Shown: positions 12,170 to 26,111 of the stretch, one piece after another
How the letters are laid out: each line of letters opens with the position of its first letter
Numbering within the stretch: the stretch's first letter is position 1
Source of the DNA: Hormiphora californensis
Lineage: Eukaryota > Animalia > Ctenophora
Direction of reading: 5' to 3'
DNA: 64,000 nt
Assembly: GCA_020137815.1 (NCBI GenBank)
Contig: CM035353.1
Span: 4,898,001-4,962,000, forward strand
Position numbers and translations under genes: made by a program
Notes under the pieces: generated by a model
What the model was told of the DNA's origin: nothing
Seen by the model: only the letters and a program-made list of their open reading frames with translations
Databases searched by the model: none

Positions 12170-13328
12170 TCATGAAAGTGGCGGCCGGTGGACGGTAGTT
12201 GATGGCGGAGAGGAGAACTGCTGGGCCACTGTCGTCCTGGGTACACCACTGCTACTGATTAGTGGTGCTATCGGGCCAGCAGAAGTGCTGCAAGGCAGGG
12301 ATTGGAGGGGAAGGCTGGTATTCGGGAATCCTGGAATTCCTCCCCCACTTGCTGAGGTGTAGAGTTGGCCTGGTGCCATTGTGGGCAGGGTGCTTCCTGG
12401 GAGGGGGAGAATGGGTTAGAGAGAGTGGGGAGGGGAGGGGAGGGGAGGGGAGGGGAGGGGAGGATGGGTTAGAGAAGGAGGGTGGGCACTGGGCAGGGAG
12501 AGAGAAAAAGGGGATAGATTAGGGAAGAAAGTGGATGGGTTAGGGAAGAGGGGACTGCAGCAGCTGAGGGATATAGCTGCTACAGAAGGCAGGTATAACT
12601 TACCAAAGTGGGACTGGGCTACAGCTGGATGGTATAGTGAGTTAGTTGCAGTTGAGGCTGACAGGGCAGGGTGTTGGAGATGGTGGTGGTGGTGATACCC
12701 TGGAATGGGTCCCATCATATTGCCAGGGGCACCGTAACTTCCGAATAGGTCTGCGTCCATGTGGCTTGCTGAGGGGAGAGCGGTGGGTTAGAGAGTGGTG
12801 ACGGGGTTAGAGAGGGTCAGTGGGGTTAGAGAGGGGTGAAGTAGTTGGTTGGATAGGGATAAGTGGTTAGAGCGGGTTGGTGGGGCGGGTAGATTGTAGA
12901 GAGAAGTGGTGGTGTTGCGATAGGGTTCAGATCCAAAGTACAACAGCTGAAGGGTATATATGAACCAATATGTTGTTCCCTGAAATACACTTACAGGTCA
13001 TATTGAGATTTTGCTGGGTTGTGTCGATTCCCTTTTGAGCCATCTCCCTCTTCCACTTGGCTCTTCTGTTTTGGAACCATATTTTCACCTGAAAACAGAA
13101 CATGTGGTTAGAGAGTGGTTAAAGAGTGGTTAAAATGTGGTTAGAAACCAACTAAGGAAAGGGGCAGATTGTGAAATCATGTTCGCGGTTCAGGCTCCAG
13201 CTGAGCCTGGGATGGGATTGAAAAGTGTACAGCTAGATCTCTATACTACACACCTGTGTCTCAGTTAGTTGGAGGGAATATGCGAGTCGTGCCCTTTCCG
13301 ATGCAGAGAGATATTTCTGAGCGTTGAA
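12170..13328 (-). CDS. ANTP-class (NKL-like) homeobox transcription factor, 3' four exons: 13328-13254, 13088-12995, 12768-12604, 12396-12170
   Basis: Translation FNAQKYLSASERARLAYSLQLTETQ|VKIWFQNRRAKWKREM, with a GT-AG intron between homeodomain residues 44/45. Two phase-1 introns join His/Pro/Ser-rich exons in frame to a TGA stop. Helix 1 was not found. Confidence 0.9.
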
Positions 13329-13689
13329 AAAGTCGCCATTTGAGAAAGGAAACAAACGGAATAGGAGTAAGAAAAGAAGATTATAAACACTTTCCTCCCT
13401 CTCTAGTCCCTATTTAGGTGCCGGCAGGCACCTCCGGCCCGAAGATAAGGGGATAACTGTCACGAATATGATTATTGAGAATTTTTTTAAATATTGAATT
13501 TTAAGTACAACAACCTCTCCTGTTAAGGGCTGGGCACAATATTCCTCCCCAGCTGGGAGTCTGTTACAAATAAATATACGTATATTTTAGATTGCTGCAA
13601 ACGAAACGGATCTAACTTTATAAAACTATAAAGGCCGTAACTAGAAGACGATCTTGGAGATGTTGTGCCCTAAATTTGCCAAACAACAC

Positions 13690-13802
13690 CATGTCAAGGT
13701 AGCGACAGAGCTGTATGGGGCACTATATTTCAAGGGTAGCGACAGAGCTTTGTGGGGCACTACATGTCAAGGGTAGCGACAGAGCTGTGTGGGGCATGTC
13801 AA
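13690..13802 (+). repeat. Tandem repeat, ~37-bp unit x3
   Basis: tcaagg(g)tagcgacagagct...ggggca is repeated three times. Confidence 0.85.
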
Positions 13803-15481
13803 AAAGAAGGTGACATTGGGAAAGGTCTAACCTAAAGCAGAAGGTTGCCGAGCTTTTACATGATTTTGAATTTGGCCAACCTACTATTCCAAGGCTGATA
13901 ACTATTCAATAACCCCGATCACTATGAAGAGAGAACGAATTGCAGAGTCTAACGCGTGATCACGGTTGGCTTATTATCACCACACATTACCCTAACACAA
14001 CATATTTTAACACAATGTATCACCAGATACAAAACGGACCTAACTGCTATGACAAAAAATGCCTTCGGGCAAATGTGTGGCCTTCTGGAAAGTTTGATAT
14101 GAGAATTAGAGTTAGAGTGTGGTATCCAGTGGCCTGAGCCATTGGATACCACGATAACTGCATAGGGTAGAGGGCCAGCGACCCTAACATAGATTACCGA
14201 TAATTTATTATTTTATTAGTGTAGTATATTGCCGCGCATATATATATGTAGAGTTAGGGCGGGCCGGAATGTCTCGTATATATTTAGCACTGCTGCTAAT
14301 TATACATAAAGATGAAAGATCTGCATTCTTTTATTCTTTGTGAACTGCACTAACCCTCCCATGACCAAGAACAGCTACAGATGGGGTAGAAAAGGCGATA
14401 GAAGTGGGAGAGAAGAAGGAGGTGTGTCTGCAGCAGGACACGTGCTGATGTGCACTGGACGTATAAAGCTGCAGAGACTGAGTAAAAGACTGAGCTGTAG
14501 TGTGATATATCTAGTATCTGTATCTGTTATTACTTATTTATTGCTGCAAGATACTGTGTATAAATTTGAAATATAATGTCCCAAAATGATGGTGTTACGG
14601 ATACGGGTCGCAGAGACGGAGTCACAAACACCTCTGCCGACTTCCTGCTGGAAGGTGGAGGTGTCGAACCTATAAATGGCAGCACTACAAGAGCATTAGC
14701 TACATATATAATAAGATAGCTAAGAGTATAAATAAAAGCAGTGGAGAGTAACTTGTATTGTTAAATTTATAATGGTTCGTTTTGCTGGTGTCGGGACCGT
14801 CCAGGAGAAGGGCATTAAATTTCCTTTAGATATCTCTAGGCGGTCCAATACGGCTCATGTATTCGCAATACTGGTGTTATATAATATCTAGATTATGTTG
14901 AAAATAGAAACTTGACAGATATGAACCATAAAGAATGAACCAAACCACAATTAAAGTATGTTTTGTTTGTTAAGGGAAAAGGAGGCGGATGTGTGTTTTG
15001 GGGTATCAACCCAGTCTACCGGATTTAGTTGAGTCTGAGTTGTCTCAGTATGGTCAATCAGGGAACGATACCGGATCTGAGTACGAACCCAGTTTTCACC
15101 AGCAAGGTAAGAATTGTCTGAATAGGAAGCAGTCATATATGGCTAAGGATTTTCAATAGAATCGGATGTTATGAAGCAAAATGAATAGTTCTACGGTATT
15201 CCTGACCCTTGGTTTCTTTACCTATATGTCAGGCATTCTACCTGCCCACACAGAAGGGTAGCTATAGGTGAATTTAGTAGGCCAGTCTTGTATTGTTATA
15301 TGTTGCACATGTGAGAGCATAGAGAGGGAGATGGGATGGATACTGTTGAGTCTGATTTTTAGAAAGACTTCGAATCCCTTCTCGGTGACTCTGACACCGA
15401 ATTTGTTCCAGACAACGCAGAGCGAGATGACTAGATATTTAAAAATATGAAAGTAGAAAAAGGGGAAGCTGTCTTCATTCA

Positions 15482-15910
15482 GGTGTGCGGACTCTAGTGC
15501 TACACTCTAAGTCTAAAGAGGACTCTATATCTAAATTTAGATTTAGATAAAGAGTCCAAATAATTCTAAACTCTAGGAGGACTCTTTATCTAAAAAGTCT
15601 ACACAGGGCGGACTCTTTATCTAAAAAGTCTAAACAAAGTGCTCTATATCTACATAAATCTAAATTAGATATAGAGTCCGCCTTTCGCCGCGAACTCGAG
15701 ATTTCGGCCGTTAGCCGGAAACGAGAGTTTGCTCACCCCTATACTAATTTAGAAGTGTAGGGCCGTTTATTTGGGTTCGAGGTTAGGGTTAGGTTAGGGT
15801 TAGGGTTAGGTTTTGGGTTGGTTAGATTTTAGAATAGATCCGGTTGGAGGATTTGCGCCAAAATGTACTAGAGGACTCTATATCTAAAAATTCTACACAG
15901 GGCGGACTCG
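15482..15910 (+). mobile_element. Second copy of the 'ggactctttatctaaa'/(TTAGGG)n element
   Basis: Starts ggtgtgcggactctagtgcta, as at 6820. The inverted terminus occurs at ~21174-21194. Confidence 0.75.
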
Positions 15911-16423
15911 CTAGGGGGAGATTTCAGAACCTGGTATTGCTGTTTTCTCTGTGGCACTGATATTCTCGCCTGTCCTCTCAAATTTAATTTCTCTTTCCCC
16001 TCTCCAAAACTTTCTCCCTCTTTTCCCCTATCACCCCTAGCCGTCTCATGCTCTTCAATGCGGCTAGTTTCACATCGACACCCATTCCTCCTTCCTGAGA
16101 GTTGTGAGGCGTGCACGTGAATAGACAGAGGGCCATATGTGCTGGGATCTGTGAGCAATTTTAACATTGTATACTCTTGAATTTTGCGTTGATGCCCTGT
16201 GCTCTTCGCTATTTACGAGGTCCCAGGAGTTCAGATGGGCAGCGATCTCATAGTATGGCTGACCCTTCTGATTTGTACTGTGGTAACTCGATATCCAAGC
16301 TTTCTTCCTCTTCTACTCATCTAGTCTTTCACTCGGCCCTCAGAAATCCAGAAACCCTGGTGCTAAGAGCAGCCTAGTGTGAGATGAAACAAAGACAAAT
16401 TTAAAGATTTGTAACCTTGAATA

Positions 16424-16610
16424 TGAGTGATGCCAGCTTACCCCCAGCCCCGTCAGCTCTTTGACAGCCCAAGAATACAGCACGTACCAGAGTACTGCGA
16501 CGGGTGAACCTCTTTGATTGAGTGATGCCAGCTCTTACCCCCAGCCCCTGTCAGCTCTTTGACAGGCCCCAGATACAGCACGTACCAGAGTACTGCGACG
16601 GGTGAACCTC
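16424..16610 (+). repeat. Tandem duplication of ~95 bp
   Basis: gagtgatgccagct...gcgacgggtgaacctc occurs twice. Confidence 0.85.
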
Positions 16611-16979
16611 CTAAAAAACCGAGTAGGGGCATGGTGCCCCTGGGGACCTCTGCCAAAATTTCTAATCTCGGCACAGTATAAGTATCTGAATTTCACTTTA
16701 CCTAACGTCTCCGTGGTCTAATGGCCACAAAATGGGCTAAGAAACATAGGTGCCGGTTCAAACCCGGTCATGCACTAATAATTTTTCTTTCACTTTTGCT
16801 TGATATTGAAACAATTAAATTTCCGATAGAAACAAAACATATATAAATGACCAGAAACTGCTGACTACTGCAAAACAGTGGCAGAAACAAGCTAAAGAGA
16901 AAAACTACAAAATTACCACTGCGGTAATGACAAAGATAGACAAAGACTACCGAAATATGGTTCACAGATAAGATCACAA

Positions 16980-17270
16980 TGAGAAATGTCACACTGGCAA
17001 TCTTAGGACAAAACAACTTGAACTCCTCCTTAGCACACAGAGATCCAGAGAGAATCAGAACTGCCCTCTATGCAACCAAAAACAGAACTCGGAACATGTC
17101 CTAATCACATGCCCAGATCTAGATCATCTCAGATACACACTGGGATACAAAACAACATAAAACAAAACATCTACGACAAAAGACCAGAAAATCGACCTAG
17201 GCAAACTAACTGCACTGATAAAGAAATCTGGTCTCTTCAAAATAGAATCTGCCTAATCAAAACCGCCCCC
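16980..17270 (+). mobile_element. Degenerate non-LTR retrotransposon 3' fragment
   Basis: An alternative frame reads NCPLCNQKQNSEHVLITCPDLDHLR, a C-terminal CCHC finger similar to the one at 22130-22340. Confidence 0.6.
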
Positions 17271-17277
17271 CACCCCA

Positions 17278-17377
17278 NNNNNNNNNNNNNNNNNNNNNNN
17301 NNNNNNNNNNNNNNNNNNNNNNNNNNNNNNNNNNNNNNNNNNNNNNNNNNNNNNNNNNNNNNNNNNNNNNNNNNNNN
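17278..17377. other. Scaffold gap (100 N)
   Basis: Run of N. Confidence 0.99.
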
Positions 17378-17490
17378 AACGTCGTTCCAATCGGAACAGT
17401 TGGGATATGGAAAATATCGTTCTAACACGCTTCTCTTTTTTCGCTGCTTCCCGTCTCGTGTCTTCTTCTGCGGGAGGAGGAGTTGGAGGT

Positions 17491-17833
<343 letters not shown>

Positions 17834-18111
17834 TGGTTGGCAGCGTGTACAAGTTTTAAGATACATTGGGCTGAAGAGATCTGGAATTATTTAGGCCCTC
17901 ACTTTGAACCCCTTCAATCCTGTCCTAGCAGTAAAATTAACTAGATTAACAGTCTCTACACCAAGTGAAATCTAAGATGCCAAAACATGCTGTCTGATAG
18001 AAGCGATAATTTGAACCCTCTCCCTCTCTACCCCAACTCTCTTATCTGTTTCAAACAATCGGGAACAGGTTGTGAGTGTATGGGTCTGCAGTCTAGGATA
18101 ATGAAATGCTC

Positions 18112-18215
18112 CACGTGACTTACCACGTGACAAAACAGTGGTCACGTGGCCCCTTTTTGATACAAATCATGTGAAATATTCCTGGGAACTGATCACGTGT
18201 TACAGCGCCCACGTG
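18112..18215. promoter_or_regulatory. Cluster of five CACGTG E-boxes
   Basis: CACGTG at 18112, 18124, 18143, 18194 and 18210. Function is unproven. Confidence 0.35.
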
Positions 18216-19245
18216 CAGCTCTCGACTGGCAGCTCTATCGAATATTTGATAATTTGAAACAATTCATTTTGAACACCGCTAATTTAATAACACACGTTGG
18301 CTAAGTATATTATATATGCGATCTCTCTCTGTCTCTTTTCAGGTTTTCTTATCACAATTTTTTGTCACCTCGACACTCCCCAAACTTTCTCTCTCCTAGG
18401 GGAGGGGGTCCTAAACCGTCTAGCCTCAAAGAGAGAGAGAGTCACATGACATTAAATAAACTACACACAAGCCCTCATCGTGACCCAGATGTCGAAAGCG
18501 CATATTATGTATGACCATTCAATTCTGTCGAAGTAACTGTAGAAGGAACCTCGGTCAAAATAGCCGGAGGGGCAGGATCGGGAAAAGAAAGTGAAATTTC
18601 AACTGAGCTTTCTAGTCTCTTTCTAGTCTCGTCCAGTGTGAAATGATTAGTTGCATGGAAATTGTTTAATGGCCAGTGTCACTGCACTCACCAATATGCA
18701 ATGCTAGAGAATTCCTTGCACCTACACATCACGCCGGCAGCATCTCCCCCACACCCTCTTTTAGTTTCTTAAATTTCCTCTCTCCCTCCCTCCCAGCTCT
18801 CTCTTCTCAATTCTCTCCTTTTCTAACTATCATTTTCTGACCCCCATTCTGAAGTATCACACCGTTTTGCTTGTTTTTTGCTAATGATCGTTTAATGATC
18901 CTGGATCATGCAATTAGACTAAGAAGTAGTAGGCGAGAAAGAAGATGACGGAGAGAGAGTAGAAGAGAGCAGACCGAGAGAGAGAGAGAGCAGAGAGCAT
19001 GAGGACGAGAGAGCAGAGAGAGTAGAAGTGGCAGTCCCTGCTTGCTATGATCAGATCTCGCGCCACGCGGTTGTGTATTTTTGTTACATGCAACTACCAA
19101 TCCCTGTCAACATATATGGCGGGAGAAGGGAGGATCAGAGATGGAAAACTGAGACAAAAATAGACCAGTAGCGCGTGCTGAAAGCCCCGATCTGCAATGC
19201 TTGGAATTTGATAATGTCTGGACGGTTATAAACTACCACTTCTCA

Positions 19246-19276
<31 letters not shown>

Positions 19277-21039
19277 ATCTCTCTTCTTTCCTCTCTCTCT
19301 CTCTCCGTTCTCGGGGTCGTCGTCTCCTCTACTCTCCTCCTCTCTATCTCTCTCACCCTCTCTCTATCTCTGGTATGTTGAGTGGCTGAAGGGGTAGCTA
19401 AAGGAGCGACCGACACCAATAATTTTGTCTCTCTTTCTCAAAGGACGTCTCACTGCAAAGGACTTTTGTATGTGACAGGGAGACAGGCGCATGGTAACCA
19501 ATCCTGTCTTGTGCATATTGAATTTGAAAGAAATATAGGAGCATATAAAGATAGAGAGGGAGAGATGAGAGATATGAGAGGGAGAAGAGAGCAAGAAGTA
19601 AGAAGACGAGGATGAGAGAGAGAGAATGACGAGAGAAAGAGAGAGAGAAGAGGTAGACATGGGAGGGAGAAGAGAGAGAGAGGAGAGAGATATTGTGAAG
19701 GTGTAGTGTGGGAGGGAGAAAAGATGAAAGTACCCCGGCATCATATTGTGCTTGCCGCCCTTTTTACCAGCATTTTATACCCTGCTGCACCGCAGTGATA
19801 TTGTAGTACTATAAAAATATAGTAAAGAAGAGAGTGATCAGAGAGAGAGAGATTGATTTTTCGTGGTCTGAAGTTTGGGGAGATCCGCGGTTCAGGCTGT
19901 CATGATTTTTTTAAAAAAGAGGAACGGAGAGAGAGATGAGGAGAGAAGAGAAAGAGAAAGAGGGAGTGTTGTGAAGACAGGTGGGACGAGTGCCCTTCAA
20001 ATTGTATTTGGAACTGTTTTCACCCAGCAATCTGTCGCCTTGGATCTTGTGAAGAGGTCATCTTAGGTGTGGGGGAGAGAGAGAGAGAGAGAGAGAGCAG
20101 AGATACCCCCCCGTGTGTGTTGTGTGAGTGGTGTGTGAATGAAGTGTGGTGCAAAGTACAAGATTCAGTCACCATGAAACCATAATCAAAAGGAGATTGT
20201 GAAAAATAAACAAAAAAAAAAAATATAAAAGAAAAAAAATGAAGACTGAAAAGATGACAAAATAAGATGGGTAATGGGAACTGAAGGAGAAATAAAAGAA
20301 AGTCGATATTAGGAGACGAGGGAGAGAGATAGAGAAGGATAGAGAGAGAGAGAGAGAAAGGGATAGGAAGGGAGAGGAAGAAGGAGGAGAAGAGAGAGGG
20401 GTTTACCCGGCAGATAGTATAATCCGGAGAGTTGGGCCGCCCAGACATTAAAATGTAGAAGGGTGGTACAAAACGAGCTCGAAAGAGCATCCCAATGGTT
20501 GCCACCTTAGGCTGACAGGCTATGGAGCACCCCTTGAGGGAGAGTGCCGCTTCACTAGACTGCGTATTAGAAGCACTACAAACTGGGCCGATTAGGTACA
20601 TAGAGTACCAATCGGTGGTCCGAGCCACCACTCTGGTCCTGAAGCAGGATTCTGGCCTTAAATGGCAAGTGCTGGTAGAAGAAATGACGTTTCTCATCTA
20701 CGTGTGGGCAGAGAAGCCGCGTCATCGCTCGGCAATATACCTACTTCTGGGGAAACCCAGTAACGTAAGACTGGTGGAAATACACTGGTGCTCTCAGCTG
20801 TGTGTCTAACTGGATTAGTAACCGGCAAACTTAACAAAAGCGGACCGAATGTGAAGCTAGCCTTTCCCTCGAAGGGGATCCTCCATGGAGGGTCCCTGGA
20901 CAGGACTGACTAGTGGAACTACTGAGCAACTCTTTGTGTGGGGTGCTCGGGAGGAACGCCAGAATTTTGATTCGCCGGGAGCTGGCCCCGTAAGACACCA
21001 GCAAAGTGGGAGGAAGTACGGGAGGTTCAAACACACACA

Positions 21040-21194
21040 CACAGGGCGGACTCTTTATCTAAAAAGTCTACACAGGGAGGACTCTTTATCTAAACTTTTT
21101 TCAAAATCTAACTGTAGATAAAGAGTCCGTTTTTAGATATAGAGTCCGCCTTGGATTTAGATAAAGAGTCCGTTAGCACTAGAGTCCGCCCACC
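21040..21194. mobile_element. Right-end piece of the 'ggactctttatctaaa' element
   Basis: Same subrepeats, and tagcactagagtccgcccacc is nearly the reverse complement of the 15482 terminus. Confidence 0.65.
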
Positions 21195-21442
21195 CTTCAT
21201 TCACACACGGACGACTGAGTTAAATATCCAGTGGATATTTAACTCAGTCGTGGATATTATCCACTTTAACCTCCACACCTGTAATCGCTGGAATGTGTAG
21301 AAGTGTGGGGTCGGGTCCCTGTTGGAACTTGGAATGTTCCACCAAAAAAGCAGGGAGTAATGATCTCACTTGCTTCATCGGCACTGGGACTTGGGAATTT
21401 TTCAGCTTGGCCAGACTGGGCACCTCGTTCTTTGAGAATCTA

Positions 21443-22340
21443 GTGTGTGTGTGTGTCGTGTACCTCCCGTACTTCCACCCACTTGCTGTCGTTGGGGAGC
21501 AGCGATCCCTAGATTTCACAGTTCTCTCCTCAGGTCACCAACACACATGGCTGCCCAGAGCGCCGTGCTCGATCTCCCGGTCAGGTCCCACCAAGGTAGC
21601 GCCGGGTTTCCCCGGTACCCCTTAGTGGTACCCTTCCATTGGAAGACACGAGTCGACAGACGAGAACTGTTTCGATAAAGAGCATGAAGGTCACCACCAA
21701 CAGCAGGCGCACTAGTACTACTGTACCAGTCTTACGGTACTGGGTTTCCCCAGAATAGGTTAAATCGCCGAACGATAGTGCACGTTCATCTTCACCATGA
21801 TGAGGCACCATTTGTGCACTACCACCTGCCTGTTTCCAGGCGTGTACCTCTGATCGGGGTACAGTGGTAGGGTTCGGTCCATCGAGTCGTCATAGCAGCT
21901 ATGATCGAGTCGACCCAGGTGGCGCTGTTCTTTTTGTTTAGCCGATCTAGTTGTGGGGGGCCAGTCCAAAGACTAGTGACTTGGTTTTTATTGCGCTTTT
22001 GCTAGTTGCGGATTTGCTTCTGCCGTGATGGTTTCAACAGACTCTACCTGATGAGATCAGGGCTTTGCCAGTGTGCACTTTTAAACTACCGTTGGTATAG
22101 AATCATTTTGGTGGTAGCGTTATGTTTTATTTGAATAGACCGGATTTGGTGACTACGTTGGTGAGTTTCCTTAGTTCCAGTGGCTCGTCTTCATTGTAAA
22201 TGTTTTCTTTGATGTTTTGATACTCTTGAGTGAATCTGAGGTGGTCAAGGTCAGGACAGTTTAGTAGTTTGTGTTTGGAGTTTTCTCTTTCCCCACATAA
22301 CTCACAGTTGGGATTTATGGAAGGGTCTCTGTGGGAGAGG
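21443..22340 (-). mobile_element. Non-LTR retrotransposon 3' end with (CA)n tail
   Basis: The minus strand reads PNCELCGERENSKHKLLNCPDLDHLRF...SGLFK*, then a putative UTR ending ggaagtacgggagg...(CA)n. A related end lies on the plus strand at ~21005-21043. Confidence 0.6.
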
Positions 22341-23355
22341 GCGCTTCCTAGGTTGTTCTAGGTTGAGAATCTAGTGATGGATGAGTGGAAACTTGACTGA
22401 TCCAGCTACTTCGAAGCAAAGAAAATGGTGCTGATGATGCTGCTAGTGCTGGTGCTGAATGATGCTCAAGGACACAGCGAAAAAGGAGGACAACCTGCAG
22501 GCCAACCAACAAACCGAAACGAAAGGGCCTATGTTCCTGATCGGCGAAACCGCAAACAGGAACCAGCAAGATGGCACCTGGTGTCTAATTAGTATTTTCT
22601 AATTATTTTTTTATAATCCCCCAGATCTCCAGGATAGAGTTTTTGCTAGTTTCGTGAGAGCGTGGGCAAAGTTTTAAATATTTGCTTCAATATCAAATCT
22701 TAACAGGGAGTGCTGCACTATAATAAGGTACAATCATTGAACGAATTGAACGGAAAGGCATGGCAGCCTGTTTCAACGCCACCAGTGGGAACCTGGAACG
22801 ATATTCCTTGTCACTGTTACGGTGGAAGTTCTCGAGGGAAAGAGAAAGCCCCATCAGCTGCCGATACACCTGTGGTGCCCACCGTCATGGTCCCTCCAGC
22901 GGAGGAGACCTGGCACCAGGCAACCCCACTGTATGGGATAGCTGAGCTGAATGAAGGGAGGGAAGCATTTAAGAGTTGCTTCGACCCCCAGGGGTGGGTA
23001 CAGAGGGAACTCATGAATAACTTCAACAACATGGTGTCACGTGACTAGAGAGCCTATAGCACGGGCATGGTGCAGTTCAAGGCACTTCTTGATTTCTTAG
23101 TTTCTTCTACTCAGTTCTTAGCTAGAGAGTACAATTTGACGTAGATTGCTCTTGTTGTACTCTATTTCTTTTCACCCTACATCATACTACGTGTTTTTAC
23201 TTCGTCCACCCCTTGCATCAAGGTATAGAGGAATACCAGATTGTATGACTTTGTATTCATTCTTTCCTGATTTAAGTTTTATGGAATTCTTATTTTAGTT
23301 GTTGTATTGAAAAGAGAGTATCATCTTGCAGATATAGCAATTGAATCTTTCCTGT

Positions 23356-24343
23356 TAGTTAGGGGATTTTAGTGAAAAAAGGGCCAAGTTATCAGCAAAA
23401 TTTTTAACAAGCTAATTTCTTCACCAATAGGTCCGGATAGGTGTCTAGTATCACCAAAAAAAAGTACACGATAATCGGAAGTGCGCACGTGCGCTGAGCG
23501 CGCAAGAAGTAAACACATGTAAATACATGTATTTCTAGCCTGGCACGAAAACCCAAAAACCATCTTAGGAGACGAGTAGAGAAAAAATCAAGGGCACTAG
23601 ATTGTGTAGCGTCCTCGCATTAGTGGGGGTAGGTGCTGGAATTAAGTCTCTATCTCATCTGGTTAATTAGATAATTGGATAATTAGATATGCGCATAACC
23701 GTATTTTGGCTATATGGCTATAGCCACTTAGGAATGGTTTAGAGACTTTTCATTGGTGCCATTTTGTTCAGAAAAAAATTTCAATCTAAGAGTTGTGGAA
23801 AAATTTAGAGCCTATCTCTTACCGTTTTGGCGTTATTTGCGGTCAAAGTATGCCAAATCAGTTGAAAATGCCAAAACGGTAAGAGATAGGCTCTAAATTT
23901 TTCCACAACTCTTAGATTGAAATTTTTTTCTGAACAAAATGGCACCAATGAAAAGTCTCTAAACCATTCCTAAGTGGCTATAGGCTATAGCCATATAGCC
24001 AAAATACGGTTATGCGCATATCTAATTATCCAATTATCTAATTAACCAGATGAGATAGAGACTTAATTCCAGCACCTACCCCCACTAATGCGAGGACGCT
24101 ACACAATCTAGTGCCCTTGATTTTTTCTCTACTCGTCTCCTAAGATGGTTTTTGGGTTTTCGTGCCAGGCTAGAAATACATGTATTTACATGTGTTTACT
24201 TCTTGCGCGCTCAGCGCGCGTGCGCACTTCCGATTATCGTGTACTTTTTTTTGGTGATACTAGACACCTATCCGGACCTATTGGTGAAGAAATTAGCTTG
24301 TTAAAAATTTTGCTGAAAAAAATATACTAAAATTCCCTAACTA
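23356..24343. mobile_element. ~1-kb foldback MITE with TAGT...ACTA termini and 3-bp TSD TGT (Academ-like)
   Basis: Arms ~23356-23831 and ~23868-24343 are nearly perfect complements. TGT is at 23353-23355 and 24344-24346. Confidence 0.88.
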
Positions 24344-26111
24344 TGTATAAAAAAATTGTCATAGTGTCGAGATTGCTATTATAAATCGATATTGTTTTAT
24401 ATATTGTACACATTATCATATTAACCCCCGGACTTATTACCGAACAACACCTTACTGAATTACTTCGCGAAGAGAAAGAGGCCACCGCCTCTGGTGGTCA
24501 ATGGGGGGCGAAGAAGGGAGGGCGAACGACCCACTCCAGTGGAGCGGTGAACGTAGCCAGCTTACTCCCGGATTCCGAGCATTGAGCAACCACTACCGGA
24601 ACAGCTCCACCAGATAAATGCAGTAATGCAGAGCCTCACCGACCGTGGAGGAACGAATGAAGAAAGAGGTGATCGTAAAAGTGGACCCGCAGAGCATCAG
24701 GACATCCTCCTACCAGTCGGTACGAGGAAGACATAACTCCCAGCGGGAGTGTACCCACCGAGATGACAGCGACGCAGGGAGGACCACCAACAGAAGATCT
24801 GGGGAGAGAGCAGAGAGAGAGGATGGCCGACGACCCGCCAAGGAGAGACTCGGCCAGATGCCCGCCACCACACCCCGTTCCAGGTCCCGAGAGACTTCCA
24901 GTGGAAGTCCTCGAGGGAAAGAGAAAGCCCCATCAGCTGCCGATACACCTGTGGTGCCCACCGTCGTGGTCCCTCCAGCGGAGGAGACCTGGCACCAGGC
25001 GACCCCACTGTATTGGGGAGCTGAAACGGTTCTCTCTGGCCGTCCAGAGTAAAACAGCCCTGATTAGCACGGTTTACAACAGTGTAATGGAGCTGAAAGA
25101 GTGGCTACAAGAGTTAAAAGACTGTGTTAGCTCCACTCTCCTACTCGAGGACTTCAGGAAGCAGTGTGAACATCCTTGTTTTGACCCTACCGACAGGTGA
25201 GATAATAGATCTAGTCTACTCTTAACTCTATAGTCAACAATTAGTGTCAAGTGACAAATTTGAAATTGTTATTGTTATACGTTAGTTTTGAAATATTGAT
25301 CAAGTTTTCATCTCTGTTTAGGCCTGGGAAGAGTGACAGACCAGTGGACATACCTGCAGTGAAATCGACTTGTTTAAAACATCCGGGTCGTGAAGGATTC
25401 GCAGGATTCGCAGGATTTAAACCGATCCCTGTTTTATTGCAAGCATACAATATCCAAGAGGGTGCCTGTCCGAGGGTACATCCAACAACTTATCGACAGC
25501 ACTCTCGCTTGATACAAGAAGAGGATACGGCTCCGAGAGGACAGAAAAAGGCAGATTGCAGAAACTTAATATTTTCTATTAATATTTTGAGATAATGAAT
25601 TGTAAATATTTGTAAATTGTTCCCAGAATACAGTAAATCTATCGTATTTTATAATTTAAGAGAAACAACGATTTGCTGTTGTTTCCACGTTGCACTTAAA
25701 CGATCTTCAAATAACTTCCTATTAAAAGGAGGACAACCAACAGGCCAACGAGCAAACCGTAGAGAAGTTCCTGATCGGCGAAACAGCAAGGGATACCGAT
25801 AGAGTTTTTGCTAGTTTCTTGAGGACGTGGCCAATTTAAAAATATGTCTCAATATCAAATCTTTACAGGGAGTGCTGTACCTGGTACAACCATTGAAAGA
25901 ATTGAACGGAAAGGCATAGTAGCCTGTTTCAACGCCACCGGTAGGAACCTGGAACGATATTCCTTGTCACTCCCAAGCAACGGAGTTTTACGTGGCCCTA
26001 ACCAGTCAAGTGGTGGTACACTACCGCGGCCACCTCAATCAAATTGCCGCTATGCTGATAATTGATGCTTACCACAAAGCAACTAGGAAGTGATAAACTG
26101 ATTCAAAAGAT

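Noticed and set aside
13690-13802. CRISPR-like regular repeats (also 50450-50820)
   Set aside because: They are tandem units without unique spacers, there are no cas genes, and the context is eukaryotic.
15781-15811. True telomere
   Set aside because: It is short, internal and embedded in a dispersed repeat.
23369-24330. Pair of near-identical ORFs on opposite strands
   Set aside because: This is a consequence of the MITE palindrome.
24645-25200. Arg-rich ORF1/gag-like and transposase-like ORFs
   Set aside because: There is no diagnostic motif, and the region is a mosaic of duplicated pieces.
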